A stretch of DNA of 64,000 bases from Podarcis erhardii (lineage: Eukaryota). The DNA is taken from assembly GCA_964252035.1 (NCBI GenBank), contig OZ176209.1. The stretch is one strand, 5' to 3'. The position numbers and the translations under genes were made by a program. The notes beneath the pieces were generated by a model. The model made no database searches. It saw nothing but the letters and a program-made list of their open reading frames with translations, and was not told the DNA's origin. Numbering within the stretch: position 1 is the first letter of the stretch; each line of letters begins with the position of its first letter. Below, in pieces: positions 24,320-35,880 of the stretch.

Positions 24320-25068
24320 CCGTATTTTTCATCCCATAGGGCGCACCGGCCCATAGGATGGACCTAGTTCTTTTGGGGGGAAATAAAGGAAAAAAAATTC
24401 CTTTATTTCACCCCCAAAACCAGGTCGGGGAATCCAAACCAGGTCGGGGAACAGCGGGATGGTGGCGCTGCGCCTCCCCGCTGTCCCCAGAGCTTGTGGG
24501 GCTAGCGCTGGGGAGAAGCGTGCTTCTCCCCAGCGCCAGCCTCCAAACCAGGTCGAGGAACAGCAGGATGGCGGCGCTGCGCCTCCCCGCTGTCCCCCGA
24601 GCTTGTGGGGCTGCCCGATGTCTGCCCGAAGCGCGGGGCGCTCTGCTTCAGCGCACCCCGCGCTCTGTGCAGGAGGCTGCTTTATGCAGCCTAGGGATCC
24701 CTGCGGGAACTCCCACAGGGCTCCCTAGGCTGTGGGTGTCTGCCCGAAGAGCGGGGCGCTCTGCTGCAGCACACCCCGCGCTCCAGGCAGGAGGCTGTGG
24801 ATGTCTGCCCGAAGCACGGGGCGCTCTGCTTCAGCGCACCCCGCGCTCCGGGCAGCAGGCTGCTAGGGAGCCCTGCGGGAACTTCCACGGGCTCCCCAGG
24901 CTTGCTGGTAGCTTCCTGAAGCCTGGAGAGCAAGAGGGGTCGGTGCGCACCGACCCCTCTCACTCTCCAAGCTTTAGCGAAAACCTGCATTCGCCCCATA
25001 GGACGCACACAGATTTCCCCTTCGTTTTTGGAGGGGGAAAAGTGTGTCCTATAGGGCAAAAAATACGG
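24320..25068. mobile_element. GC-rich non-autonomous Tc1/mariner (CCGTA-type) element, 749 bp
   Basis: TIRs ccgtatttttcatcccatagggcgcac / gtgtgtcctatagggcaaaaaatacgg; TA on the left, GA on the right; internal repeats gtctgcccgaag..ggggcgctctgc..cagc.caccccgcgctc x3 and ccaaaccaggtcg x2. Confidence 0.75.
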
Positions 25069-26762
25069 GAGGCTGTTGGTAAGCAAGATCAGGCCTATCT
25101 CCCAAAGCCATAATTTTCAGGATGGGTTGCAGATTCTTGATAATAAGTTGCATTGGTTGTGACTGGAAGCTGTAGATGGCAACAAGTTGCCTTCTGTCAC
25201 TTTCTCTTCTGGGTCTACCCTGTAATAGTCTACCCCAGGGTAAGTCTGGCCTTGTTGATCTGTTTACAATATCCACCCAATGAAAGGAATAATATGAGAA
25301 ATGTCTGTTGTAAATCCTTAAATCCTGAATAGCTGTCTGACAGGTTTGCATTTAGATAAAGGGTGGTGGTATCTGATGAACTCGTGCTAGCAGAAGACTC
25401 ATTTAAATCAATGGACCCCGCTTAGTGATGGCTAATTTAAGTCCATTGATTTGAATGGGTCTTCTCTATGACTTAGCCAGATACTACCCCAAAAATAGAG
25501 ATATTTATTTATTTTATAGAATTTATACGCCACTCGATTGTAAAAACCTCAAAGTGGTTTACAAAAAGATAAAGCAAAAAAATTGAGCGTTATCCACAAC
25601 CATACATTAAAACATACAAAAGTTAAAATATTAAAACAGATTAAAATTGCTTCAGCTTTCTAAGCATCTGGGTGGGCTTGTCTAAACAGGACTGTTTTTA
25701 GCAGGCCCCAGAAAGAGTACAGTGAGTTTCAAAGTGCAGGTGTTGCCATACTAAACTATTGAGTTATTATAGGTGTGGAAAAGGTATTATGTGGCACCTG
25801 CAGTAATGCCAATTATAAGTTAAAATGGAGCCAGCAAAGTAGTATTAAACGAAAAAACCAAGTTAAGAATAATACTGTTAAAAGAGATTTTAAGTGGAAG
25901 ATGGAAAAAAAACTTGAAAATAATTGTGAGAGAGTTGTGAATGACAAAGGAGAGGAAAATGTGATAGCAAAGGCCAAATTTCTTCACTGAAAGAATCATA
26001 TAATGAAATATATGTGACAATCACAAGACAATGTGGGTATATGGCTTAAAAGGTTCTCAATGTTTTCCCATCACATGTATGTCAGACAACCTCTTATTTA
26101 CTGTTTAATTTATATTCTGTAAGCTTCAACACACAGTGCTCTTACAGAGGCTAAATATAGATGATAAAAAACTATAATCAGAACACTAAAACTACAGTAA
26201 CCAGCATATAAATTATAATAAAGGGGAAGACCATATGCAACAGTGTTTGCCTGGTGCTAAAATGAGAACAGATGAATGTCTCAGTAAGTTTTCAGTTGTG
26301 GCAACCTGCATGCCAGGTGCAGGTTGTCACAACTGAAAATATTATCTCTCCCGTCCTCACCCGTCTTGTCTTGCTGGAGAACCTCAGGTGAAGGTTTCAG
26401 TGTTTGGGTGGACAAGTATGGGTTAATACAGTCCAGAGAGTCCTAAGAAATGTAGCTTTAAAGGGTAGGCATCAGCTAAGCATCATCACTTTGAACTGAG
26501 CTTGAGAGAGCACCATGAACCAACAAAGCTGTTTCAATATGGGTAAAATATGATCTAGATGATTGGTGTCAGTTCGCAACCCAGCAAATATCGTCTACTA
26601 AATCTGCTTACCACTTTCAGTACCTTGGTGAATTTGCCATCCTGATTTCCTTATGAGAGAGAAGCGGAAATACAAATTAATGTAAGCATGTTATCCACTA
26701 CGGTCTGCTCCCCTGTCAGTTGTGCTTCCAGTTTAAATTGGGATATCCATATATTTTCCCTT

Positions 26763-28260
26763 GTATATATATATATATATATATATTTGCTTTCGTAGAT
26801 TTTCAAAACCTGCATATATATATATATATATATATGCAGGTTTTGGTGTCCTCGGGTGTCTTCCCGTGTAAAAGTTGGGGTGTCTAGGCGACGTTTCGAC
26901 GAGGTCTCACTCGTCATCTTCAGGCTGGTGCTTTCGGCTTCTTGTTACTGGAACAGAGCAGGATCTCAGTGTTTGAGTTCCTATAAATACTGTAGAGGGG
27001 GTGTGGTGTATAGCCTCCAATGTTCTGAGCAGAGAGGAAGTTCCCAGGCTAGTGTGCCTTTTCTTCTTTTGTTCCTTAATTACTTGAGAGATATCTTGAG
27101 TGATTTCTTGAGTGATATCCTGAGTACCACTTAGGTGGGTCATTAGGTGTGGATTAGTTGTTAAAGTCTTTGTGTCTTGACCTCTTGAACTTTGTGAAGA
27201 GTTTTCCTGAGAAGATGGCTGTACTGTACTTAGTTGTGCTCTGGCTTGGCTTCGTGTATAGGGGCGAGCTGTGGTTTTGTGGCTTGTGTCAGCCAGATCT
27301 GTGTAGGGATTGCAGGGGGGTGCAGCATCCGGAGGTGCCACCATGGATTGGCTACTGGATGGTGTCTGTAATTCATCTGTGGAGAGGGTCTGGGTTTGGG
27401 TCTGGTGTGGTTGATTGGTGTTGGCGTTCTGTGTGCCTCTGGATCTGGTGTCAGTTTTTGTGGGGAGGGCTAATTTCCAGATGTCTGGCAAGCGGGATGT
27501 GTCGTCACGCTTGTTCATGTTGTGAGGGTGAACAAGCGTGACGACACATCCCGCTTGCCAGACATCTGGAAATTAGCCCTCCCCACAAAAACTGACACCA
27601 GATCCAGAGGCACACAGAACGCCAACACCAATCAACCACACCAGACCCAAACCCAGACCCTCTCCACAGATGAATTACAGACACCATCCAGTAGCCAATC
27701 CATGGTGGCACCTCCGGATGCTGCACCCCCCTGCAATCCCTACACAGATCTGGCTGACACAAGCCACAAAACCACAGCTCGCCCCTATACATGAAGCCAA
27801 GCCAGAGCACAACTAAGTACAGTACAGCCATCTTCTCAGGAAAACTCTTCACAAAGTTCAAGAGGTCAAGACACAAAGACTTTAACAACTAATCCACACC
27901 TAATGACCCACCTAAGTGGTACTCAGGATATCACTCAAGAAATCACTCAAGATATCTCTCAAGTAATTAAGGAACAAAAGAAGAAAAGGCACACTAGCCT
28001 GGGAACTTCCTCTCTGCTCAGAACATTGGAGGCTATACACCACACCCCCTCTACAGTATTTATAGGAACTCAAACACTGAGATCCTGCTCTGTTCCAGTA
28101 ACAAGAAGCCGAAAGCACCAGCCTGAAGATGACGAGTGAGACCTCGTCGAAACGTCGCCTAGACACCCCAACTTTTACACGGGAAGACACCCGAGGACAC
28201 CAAAACCTGCATTCCTGTACCCGTGAAAATCTACGAAAGCATATATATATATATATATAC
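26763..28260. mobile_element. Penelope-like element (family B) as head-to-head inverted copies in a (TA)n site
   Basis: Arms 26834-27517 and 27529-28212 (684 bp), 11-nt spacer; minus strand begins PHNMNKRDDTSRLPDIWKLAL (end of a GIY-YIG-type endonuclease); hammerhead-like motif near each outer end; (TA)n on both flanks. Confidence 0.8.
28121..28160 (+). ncRNA. Minimal hammerhead-like motif (PLE family B), sense; mirror copy on - strand at 26886-26925
   Basis: GC CTGAAGA T GACGAG tgagac CTCGTC GAA ACGT C/GC: 6-bp helix II, palindromic ACGT helix III; helix I only 2 clean pairs. Confidence 0.55.
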
Positions 28261-29849
28261 ACTGCTTTATGAGACATAACAAAATATTTAAAAGGAAAAT
28301 TGAGAAATACTTTTTATTATTTATTGAATTTATATCCTAACTTTGTCATGAATACAGTGGAGCTGTCACCTATGCAGATCAGCTGAGGAGGGGCATTATT
28401 GTCCCCTCTCTGCTCATGAAAAGATCACAATGATTAACAGGGAGAGACAATTTGCATCTCTACCAGGATACTGGACTCTGCCTACCCCAGGACTGTGTCT
28501 ATTTTGGTGCTTTTCTTAAACCCCAACTCTTGCTAAGCTAAAATCAGTTGGATCTTTCAGGGAGAGGAAATTTGCTTGGAGGGCCAAACCAGCCTTCTTA
28601 ATTTGGGGTTAGCTAGACAAGATTTTAAAAACTCCACAAAGATTTGACAATTCAAGAAAATACTATAACATTGGGTATCTACTCATACTGGTTTGTGTAG
28701 CTCTTTCTTCTTGGTTTTCATCTACACAAAAACTTGGTCCAAGCATGCTGACACTGAACATTTGATAAAGGGATCTGCATGAGAAAATATGCATGCTCTA
28801 ACAGGAGTGATTATTTGAATTTATCGCAAATAGTGCAGGCTATAAGCTGTCTGACAGGAATTTTTCATGATACTTTGAGTTAGTGAGGAGAATTTACTTA
28901 GCTTGGTATGGATGACTACGACTTTTTAAAATGCTGTTTGATTTGCAGGCTTTTGTCACCCTTCTTCTTTGATAATAGTATTTCCTTTCTCACCTTAAGG
29001 CATTAAGGTAAAAGATATTTTGAGAAATGCTGTTGATGTCCCCTCCTTGCCCCTGGCAGAGTTAATCCAACCATCCTGCTGTGCTCAGAGAGCCTGTTCT
29101 CTCCCACCCACAGTGTTTTTTCTTCACAGATTAAGAGCCAGAGAACAGCAGGATGCCAGGCTATGGTGTGCTGTGCTAACTGACATTGACTATCATTGTC
29201 TTTCAAGATAAGAACTGTATCCAGTTTAGATGGGATTCCTGGGAATGTGTTTTGTGATTCTTCACGCTATGTTTGATGAAGCTTGCCCACACTATTCCTG
29301 CAGTATGCATAACTGTTGATGATATCCTTCATTTCCAGCTTCACAAAGACATATTAATATTTTAATTTTGAGTATTTTTTCTTTATATTAAAATTGCACT
29401 GCAACTAAACTATTCTCATTTCTATGTTGTTTGGGAGTCATAGTTCAGCTCCCAGAAAGTCTGTCCTCTTCATCAGAAATCAGGCAGATACAGTGTGCCT
29501 TGCCTCCAACTACAAAACAGCCTAGAAGTTATTTGAGAGCAACACCCCCAAAGAGAGTCAGGAGAATTGAGGAGCTAGTGGGTTTCTTAAATGTACATTC
29601 ACATATATTACAGGATCCATGGGGAGGACCAACCAACCCTTGAACCTACTTCCTTAGAGATCGTTAGCTGTTCCTCCCTATATCTGCTACTTCTGATAAT
29701 GTAGATAGAAAAATTGTGTCTTAGAATGGATGTCCAGTCAGAAACAGAAGCAGCAGACAATTAATAAGGAGTCAGTTTTGGTAGAGGAAGAATCATAGAC
29801 TTACGGCGGGTGTGGGTGTCAGTGCTGACAGTGGCCTGCCTTGAAGCAG

Positions 29850-30545
29850 AGGAAATCAAAGCTGCTCATTGCCACCATTATCATCACAAACAGGTGAAGA
29901 ACTAACTACATTTGGGGAAATTACCTTGGCAAGAACTTGAAAGGCACCTGCTGCCTGGGACAGGAGTTGACATAATCTCAGAAGCGTCAATCAAAACATG
30001 AAGCTGTGAAATGGTACTACCTTTTAAAGTGCATCACTGATGTACTTTTCTTGGGAGAGCATGATCTAGCATTTACTGGTTTATCCCTCTGAATTGATGA
30101 TTCAAACAATGGAAACATTTAAGGACTCATTGAACTGCTCTCCAGGTGGGACTTCAGGAATGTGTGCTAAGTATAGAGGAGTCACAGAAAAGGAGTGAGT
30201 GGCTTCAAGTGCATTATGTCCCCCGACTCACAAAATGAATTTATTGCAGAATGCTCAAATCTTGTGAAACAACACATTTTGCTTGAGAGGCAATCTGCAA
30301 AGTACTGTGTAGTAAGAGTAGATTCAACACCAGATTCTTCCCACACTGAACACACATTTCTTTTGAGATACGTACTTTTGAAAGAAATGCAGTATGAGAT
30401 TCAATAAATATTTCTCAAGTTTGCAGATTGTAGCAACTAAAGAGGGAGAGGGGATGATCAGTTGATAACTGATACACTGAAAGAGCATGCTATTCCTCTC
30501 AGTGATTGTAGAGCTCAAGCCTACAGTAATGGGGCAAATATGCCC
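29850..30545 (+). mobile_element. hAT transposase relic (Tip100/DUF4371-like)
   Basis: Stitched reading FLGEHDLAF....DSNNGN..GLIELLS...SPDSQNEFIAECSNLVKQHILLERQSAKY...VDSTPDSSHTE...LRYV...IPLSDCRAQAYSNGANM. Confidence 0.75.
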
Positions 30546-30779
30546 CCGCTGCTCTCCAGGCTCCACTTCTGCCTCTTATTCTGGATTACTCTCTGCTACA
30601 GACTCTTCCCGCACACTAAAACCTGTTACCTTTTCAGCTTCCAACACCACCTCCTTCCGGTCTGCTACCTTTTCTTCCTCTGACCACTTGTTGTAGTCCC
30701 ACCACTAATCCCCTGTCTCTGAGCCTTCTTCCCTTAGGGGTTTCCCAGCTGGTGCCTCTCAGCACTCCTCTGCATCCAG

Positions 30780-31370
30780 CCAGTCCATGACAGTCCGTAT
30801 TGGCATTTGGGACAGTAGCCTTGGCAGTGAGGCCTTTGGAGATGTGATAGCTGCATCCCACTTCCAGGGTGGCAGCTCCCCTGTTGTCATGGAGAATGAA
30901 GGCCTAGGGGAAGGAGATAGTCAAACTGAGGAAGTGGGAAATTACCCTTTAGAAGGAACCCATTCCTTGGGGTATGAGTAGTTTATCCTCTTCTGCTGAG
31001 GATACTCCTTGGAGAGCGGGATTCTGGTAGAGGGTAATTTGATACTTAGGGACATTGATGATCGGTGGACATGTGGCTTGTTTGCCTGGCCCACAGACTG
31101 TGGATATTGCACACCATCTAGATGCTGGGGAGGAGTCTGGAGGTAGTGCACGATGGCACCAGTGGTATAGCGAAATGTAGTTGTGCAATCCAGGAACTGA
31201 AATTTAGATTGCTAGGTAGGAAGTGCAGGTCCTGTAAGCCAAGACTTTCAAGGTAGCTTTCTTTGAAATGCTACTAGTTCCATGAGCAGGGCCAGCAAGA
31301 CAGGCAGAGTTGTGTAGTCTCAGTGCTTGGATGTGATGGTGGTGTTGAGAGGAAGGTTTTAGATTTGTTT
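30780..31370 (+). mobile_element. CR1 ORF1 (SGNH esterase-like) relic
   Basis: GILV.G..ILRD, CLPG..TVDIAHHLD.AGEES, FRLLGRK...KVAF.EML.VP.AGPARQAEL..L.AW...W...EGFRFV in broken frames. Confidence 0.6.
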
Positions 31371-32435
31371 CTAACACATTCTAGCTGTTTTCCCAGCAGT
31401 GAAACTTGTACTGCAGTGCCTTAGATTTCTATTCAGCAGCAAGTCTAACTAATTCCCAGGTGAATGGACATGGGAGTATAGCTTCAGTGTTCCTTCATCT
31501 TCTCTGCAGTGTGCATGCTGCATGCATTTACTTTTGCTTAACGGCTCAGCCACATTTATTTTTCAAAATAATGACAGCAATTACACTGTGTAATAGATGC
31601 CAGGTTTCAGCCTAGGGCAAATATTTATGCATGAAATATAGGTTTAGGAAAATAAATGTATATACACAAAGTACAGGTGTAATTTTGTTTTTTACATCTC
31701 TCTCTTTAGCAAGGGTTGGACTATGCTATTGCTGCAGGCTTCCATTCTGTCAGACCTTGCTGTGACTTGAATTCCCAGTGTTTTATATTGCCTATATGAC
31801 TGTAAATAATTTTTATGTTAAGGTAGTAAAGATGAATTTTATGTTCTCAATACTATAACATCAGGAGGTGATAGCAATAAGTAGCTATATTTTCATTTGT
31901 TGATGAATCTTGAAGGAGGTGATTCTAGTCTGCTAGAGTCAAATGGAAAGATGGTCTTCAACCTTTTCAGATCCAGGACACACATCCAACTCAAACATGC
32001 ATTTGGAGATCCACTTCTTAATTTTGTACCATATATTTGTAGGGTGGTAGTGCTGCTGTTGTGACCCACCATGGATTAGGCCATGACCCAAAAGTGGCTC
32101 CCAACTTACAATTTGAAGACCATTGTATCTTCTGAAGCCTGAAATACTGTCTGACAGGTTGCCTGGTACAACCAATTGGCTGATTTGCACATAGCCTGGA
32201 AGTCATGAAATACCTCTTGAGCCGATCAATGTGTTAATGTGTTATCTTGCCAGATAAGTGATACCAAAGGGTTGTGAAGATTGTGTAGTGGTGGCAAGAT
32301 GTATCTGACTTTGTTCCTTAGAAGGGATGGGAAACCAGAGGAGGCATATATACTTGCAGGTCAGGGTTGTGTCACACAAGCTGATTATAATATACTAAAA
32401 TCCATATTTAAATGTTATCTAAACACACCAAGTAT

Positions 32436-32791
32436 GGGACGCGGGTGGCGCTGTGGGTAAAACCTCAGCGCCTAGGACTTGCCGATTGCATGGTCGGTGG
32501 TTCGAATCCCCGCGCGGGGTGCGCTCCCGTCGTTCGGTCCCAGCGCCTGCCAACCTAGCAGTTCGAAAGCACCCCCGGGTGCAAGTAGATAAATAGGGAC
32601 CGCTTACCAGCGGGAAGGTAAACGGTGTTTCCGTGTGCTGCGCTGGCTCGCCAGATGCAGCTTGTCACGCTGGCCACGTGACCTGGAAGTGTCAGCGGAT
32701 AGCGCTGGCTCCCGGTCTCTAGAGTGAGATGAGCACACAACCCTAGAGTCTGGCAAGACTGGCCCGTACGGGCAGGGGTACCTTTACCTTT
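32436..32791 (+). mobile_element. Full-length Sauria SINE
   Basis: GGGACGCGGG start, A box TGGCGCTGTGG (32446), B box GGTTCGAATCC (32499), (ACCTTT)n tail; near-duplicate AAACACA(C/T)CAAG at 32421-32432 and 32792-32803. Confidence 0.9.
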
Positions 32792-32809
32792 AAACACATC
32801 AAGGGGATC

Positions 32810-33200
32810 TAAACACATAAAGGGGAATGTATTTATTAAAGGAATTTTGTCTCCAACTATTGAACTAGAAAGGGATATGAGATCCCTTTGTGATTGGCCC
32901 TTTTGTGTGATATTCATAGAAACTAGCAAATGCTATTTAGGTAAAGAGATTAAGGGATTCATGATAGGACAACTGGAGGTCAAAATTATCCTTTTTGCAG
33001 ATGACATTGGGCGCAACTCGGCTAACCCAGTAAGATTGTTGCAAAGGTTAACAAGATTATCCATCCATGTGAACATACATTCATGCTAAATTATAGCAAA
33101 ACTGAGTTAATAATTTATTATTTAGGTTCTGAGTGTAACTTTTTTTTGGCTAAATGAAGGAATAAAGTATCCAAGTCATACTTGGAGTAGACCCATTGGA
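32810..33200 (+). mobile_element. Decayed L1-clade RT fragment
   Basis: LSPTIELER..R...EIKGFMIGQLEVKIILFADD, followed by NYSKTE-like and GIKY-like segments. Confidence 0.6.
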
Positions 33201-33619
33201 ATTAATTGGCTTATTTAGTCATTACTGAGGGTTGTCGCCTCTGCCTTAACTGAATGCCACTGTGGTCTCTATCTAAAACACTTTTAGACCAATCTTAGTC
33301 TTGAGCATAGACTACATTAGCCTAAGTCTTATCATGAATAAAATAAAAGTCTCCCTAGATTCATAGCTGAGAATCTTCTGCAGAGCACAGAAGGCTGTCC
33401 ATGTGAGAAAGCTACCCAACATGTTTGTAAGAGCTAGGAATCACAGAGTAGTGGGTATATTAATGTTTTAGATGCATAGAAAGCCTTTAATAAATCATAA
33501 TGTATTCTTTGAATTAAGAGTATTCAGATGTTTGGGTTAAGTAGTTCTTTCAGACTTGGTGTCTCTTGTCTGTGAGATGGCACCCGGCTCTCTGTCTCTA
33601 TCTCAATCTCTCTGTTCCA

Positions 33620-34550
33620 TCTGAAGCAAGAGAGGCAGCTGAGATGTTAGGCTAGTGCATGGAGGCAGTGATGGGTTGCATGTGGGCCAATAAACTGAAG
33701 CTGAATCCTGAAAAAGAAGTGTTATGTGTCCCAGGTTCTCGCATCCAGGAAGCAGGGAGGTGACCAATCCTGGATGGAGTTGCACTCCCCTGGAAGGAGC
33801 AGATTTGCTCCTGGATTTGACACTGTCACTGGAGGCTCAAGTGGTCTCTGTGGTTTGGAGTGCCTTTTTTCAGCTCCAGCTGGTTCACCAGCTACAACCC
33901 CTTTTGGAGCAAGATTACCATTGTACTCCATGCTCTGCTAACTTCCAGACTGAATTATTACAATGCACTTGTATGTGGGACTACCTTTGAAGGCGACTTG
34001 GAAAATGTAGTTGATCCAAATTTCAGTGGCCAATTGACTAAGGTTTATTTAAATCTCATACAGCCCATTTTAAAACAGTTGCTCTGGTTGCCAGTTCATT
34101 CCTGAGCCCAACTGAAGGTGCTCACATTAGTGTTTAAAGCCTTAAATGACTCAGGCCCCAAATATCTGAAAGACCACCTCCTTCCCTACAGGCTCTCTTC
34201 AGTGCTGAGATTGGCATGGGAGACCGTCTTGGTAGTTCCTTCACCTTCAGAAACTTGCTCGGGTGGTGGTGGGTGGCCCAGGAGAAGGAATTTTCTGTGG
34301 TGTCCCCTAAATTGTGGAACTCCCTCTGCACAGAGGTGTGTCTGGCGCCTTCATTATACAGCTTCCAGAGAATGCTCAAGGTGTACCTCATTACCCTGAC
34401 TTTTGACACATGATGTGCTTATTTTTCAGGAACCACCTTATTTTTATTTTTATGATTGGAAGTTGTTTTAAACTGTTTTTAGTACTGTGTTCTAATGTTG
34501 TAACCCACACTGAGACCTTAGGGTGAAGGGTGGGTCAATTAATCATCATC
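33620..34550 (+). mobile_element. Decayed L2 LINE 3' part
   Basis: MEAVMG...ANKLKLNPEK, SRLNYYNAL.CG, QLLWLPV..VLTLVFKALN..GPKYL, RR.FSVVSPKLWNSL; tail ttagggtgaagggtggg..(CAT)n. Confidence 0.7.
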
Positions 34551-34559
34551 CTCATCATT

Positions 34560-34900
34560 AACTTTGAAACTAGATTATCCAACAAAAGATTATCCAACAA
34601 AATAACTTTTAAAAGAGGGAATAAGTACGGATGCCCCTTATTACCAGCAGTGTTTATTCTAGCTATAAAATTATTAGGAATTATACTTACAAAGGACAAC
34701 CAGATGAAAGGCATGTCTACAAATCTTAAGCAGAACAAATCAGCTATTTATGCAGATGACATTGTCCTAATGGTTATTAAGCCAATTAATTATCTAAATA
34801 AATTCCTGTAAGTTGCTTTTTTAAAAAGTGTAGATCTTTGTCAGACTACACATTAAACAAAGAAAAATCTGAGTGATTAGGATTAAATATTAAACTCACG
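34560..34900 (+). mobile_element. Second decayed L1/Tx1-type RT fragment
   Basis: RG..YGCPLLP.VFILAI..L...KG......K.AIYADDIVL (ORF 34530-34811). Confidence 0.65.
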
Positions 34901-35339
34901 TTTCAATGTCTGTTGTATAATTGCAGTGATAAAGAAAACAAAATAAATGAATGAGGAATTATGCTGACTACAAAGATTAAACAAAGTGGCACTGATTATG
35001 CAAACAGTTATGCAAATTGTTGTTTTCATAAAAACTGAGTAAATGGATTAAACTGAGTTCATTCCAGAAAAATTTGTAGCTACTGTGGAAGCACCCTGAG
35101 TCAGTTATTAAAATATGAGCCCCTTGTAATATACATACAAGAGAACTATTTCATGCCACTGGGACAATTAATGTTGGTATTTAGTTCTAAACTTTTGCAG
35201 TGGTTGCATGTTTGCTTTCCCCCCAAGTAAATGCTGTGTTGTTGAAATTCTTAAAGTGGTAGAACTGGAACATGCCAATTTAGGTTTTAAAGATACATTA
35301 AACCAGTCGTATGATTGCTTTACGGTGTAGCATTGCTTG

Positions 35340-35340
<1 letters not shown>

Positions 35341-35379
<39 letters not shown>

Positions 35380-35442
35380 GTGTCATGGGTGCCAGGACGA
35401 AATGGCTGCTATAGGCAACAGCAGCAGCAACAACAACAACAA
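35341..35442. repeat. (TG)17 followed by a (CAG/CAA)n microsatellite at 35416-35442
   Basis: Direct reading. Confidence 0.9.
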
Positions 35443-35770
35443 GGTGTCAGTGCACTGACTATGGGCCACTGCAGCATGGCTCTTATCCATTCTATTTCTT
35501 TAATATCATAATCTTTGGACCACATGGGATGAGCTCACTATGTAGCTTCCCATATCAACATTGCAGCTGTTTCTGAGGAGGGCAACAGACTGGTGAGAGA
35601 AGGAACCACATCCGTTCTCCCATGTGATCCAGGACTTTTGGCATGACTCAAATGACACAGAAAGGAGCTGTTGCACAACAGCTCTTAGACTGGACTGTGA
35701 TTCAGCCTTCCAGAATTAGCTCTAGCTCTTTTCTCTGTAGAAAGTGTCAACTCCCATAATTTCCTTAGAT

Positions 35771-35880
35771 AGCCAATGGGGTGCCCCCCAGATGTTGTTG
35801 GACTACAGCTCCCATCAGCCCCAGTCAGCATGGCCAGTCATCAGGAATGATGGGAGTTATAGTCCAATGCCACATTGGCT
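35771..35880. mobile_element. Short MITE with internal inverted repeat (ggactacagctcccatc ... gatgggagttatagtcc); related decayed copies near 13900-14010 and 43790-43900
   Basis: Internal hairpin read directly; motif recurs in the window. Superfamily not determined. Confidence 0.5.

Noticed and set aside
24358-25113. 251-aa ORF and overlapping ORFs
   Set aside because: Lie inside the GC-rich MITE; repetitive Ala/Arg/Gly/Pro translation with no domain; expected from lack of stop codons.
26856-28277. Mirrored pairs of identical ORFs (203, 127, 92/121 aa)
   Set aside because: Artefacts of the palindrome; only the first ~20 residues (NKRDDTSRLPDIWKLAL) look like real PLE protein.
31939-32206. 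Minus-strand ORFs with possible L1 C-terminal character
   Set aside because: Only a few Trp/Lys positions resemble the family; not supportable.
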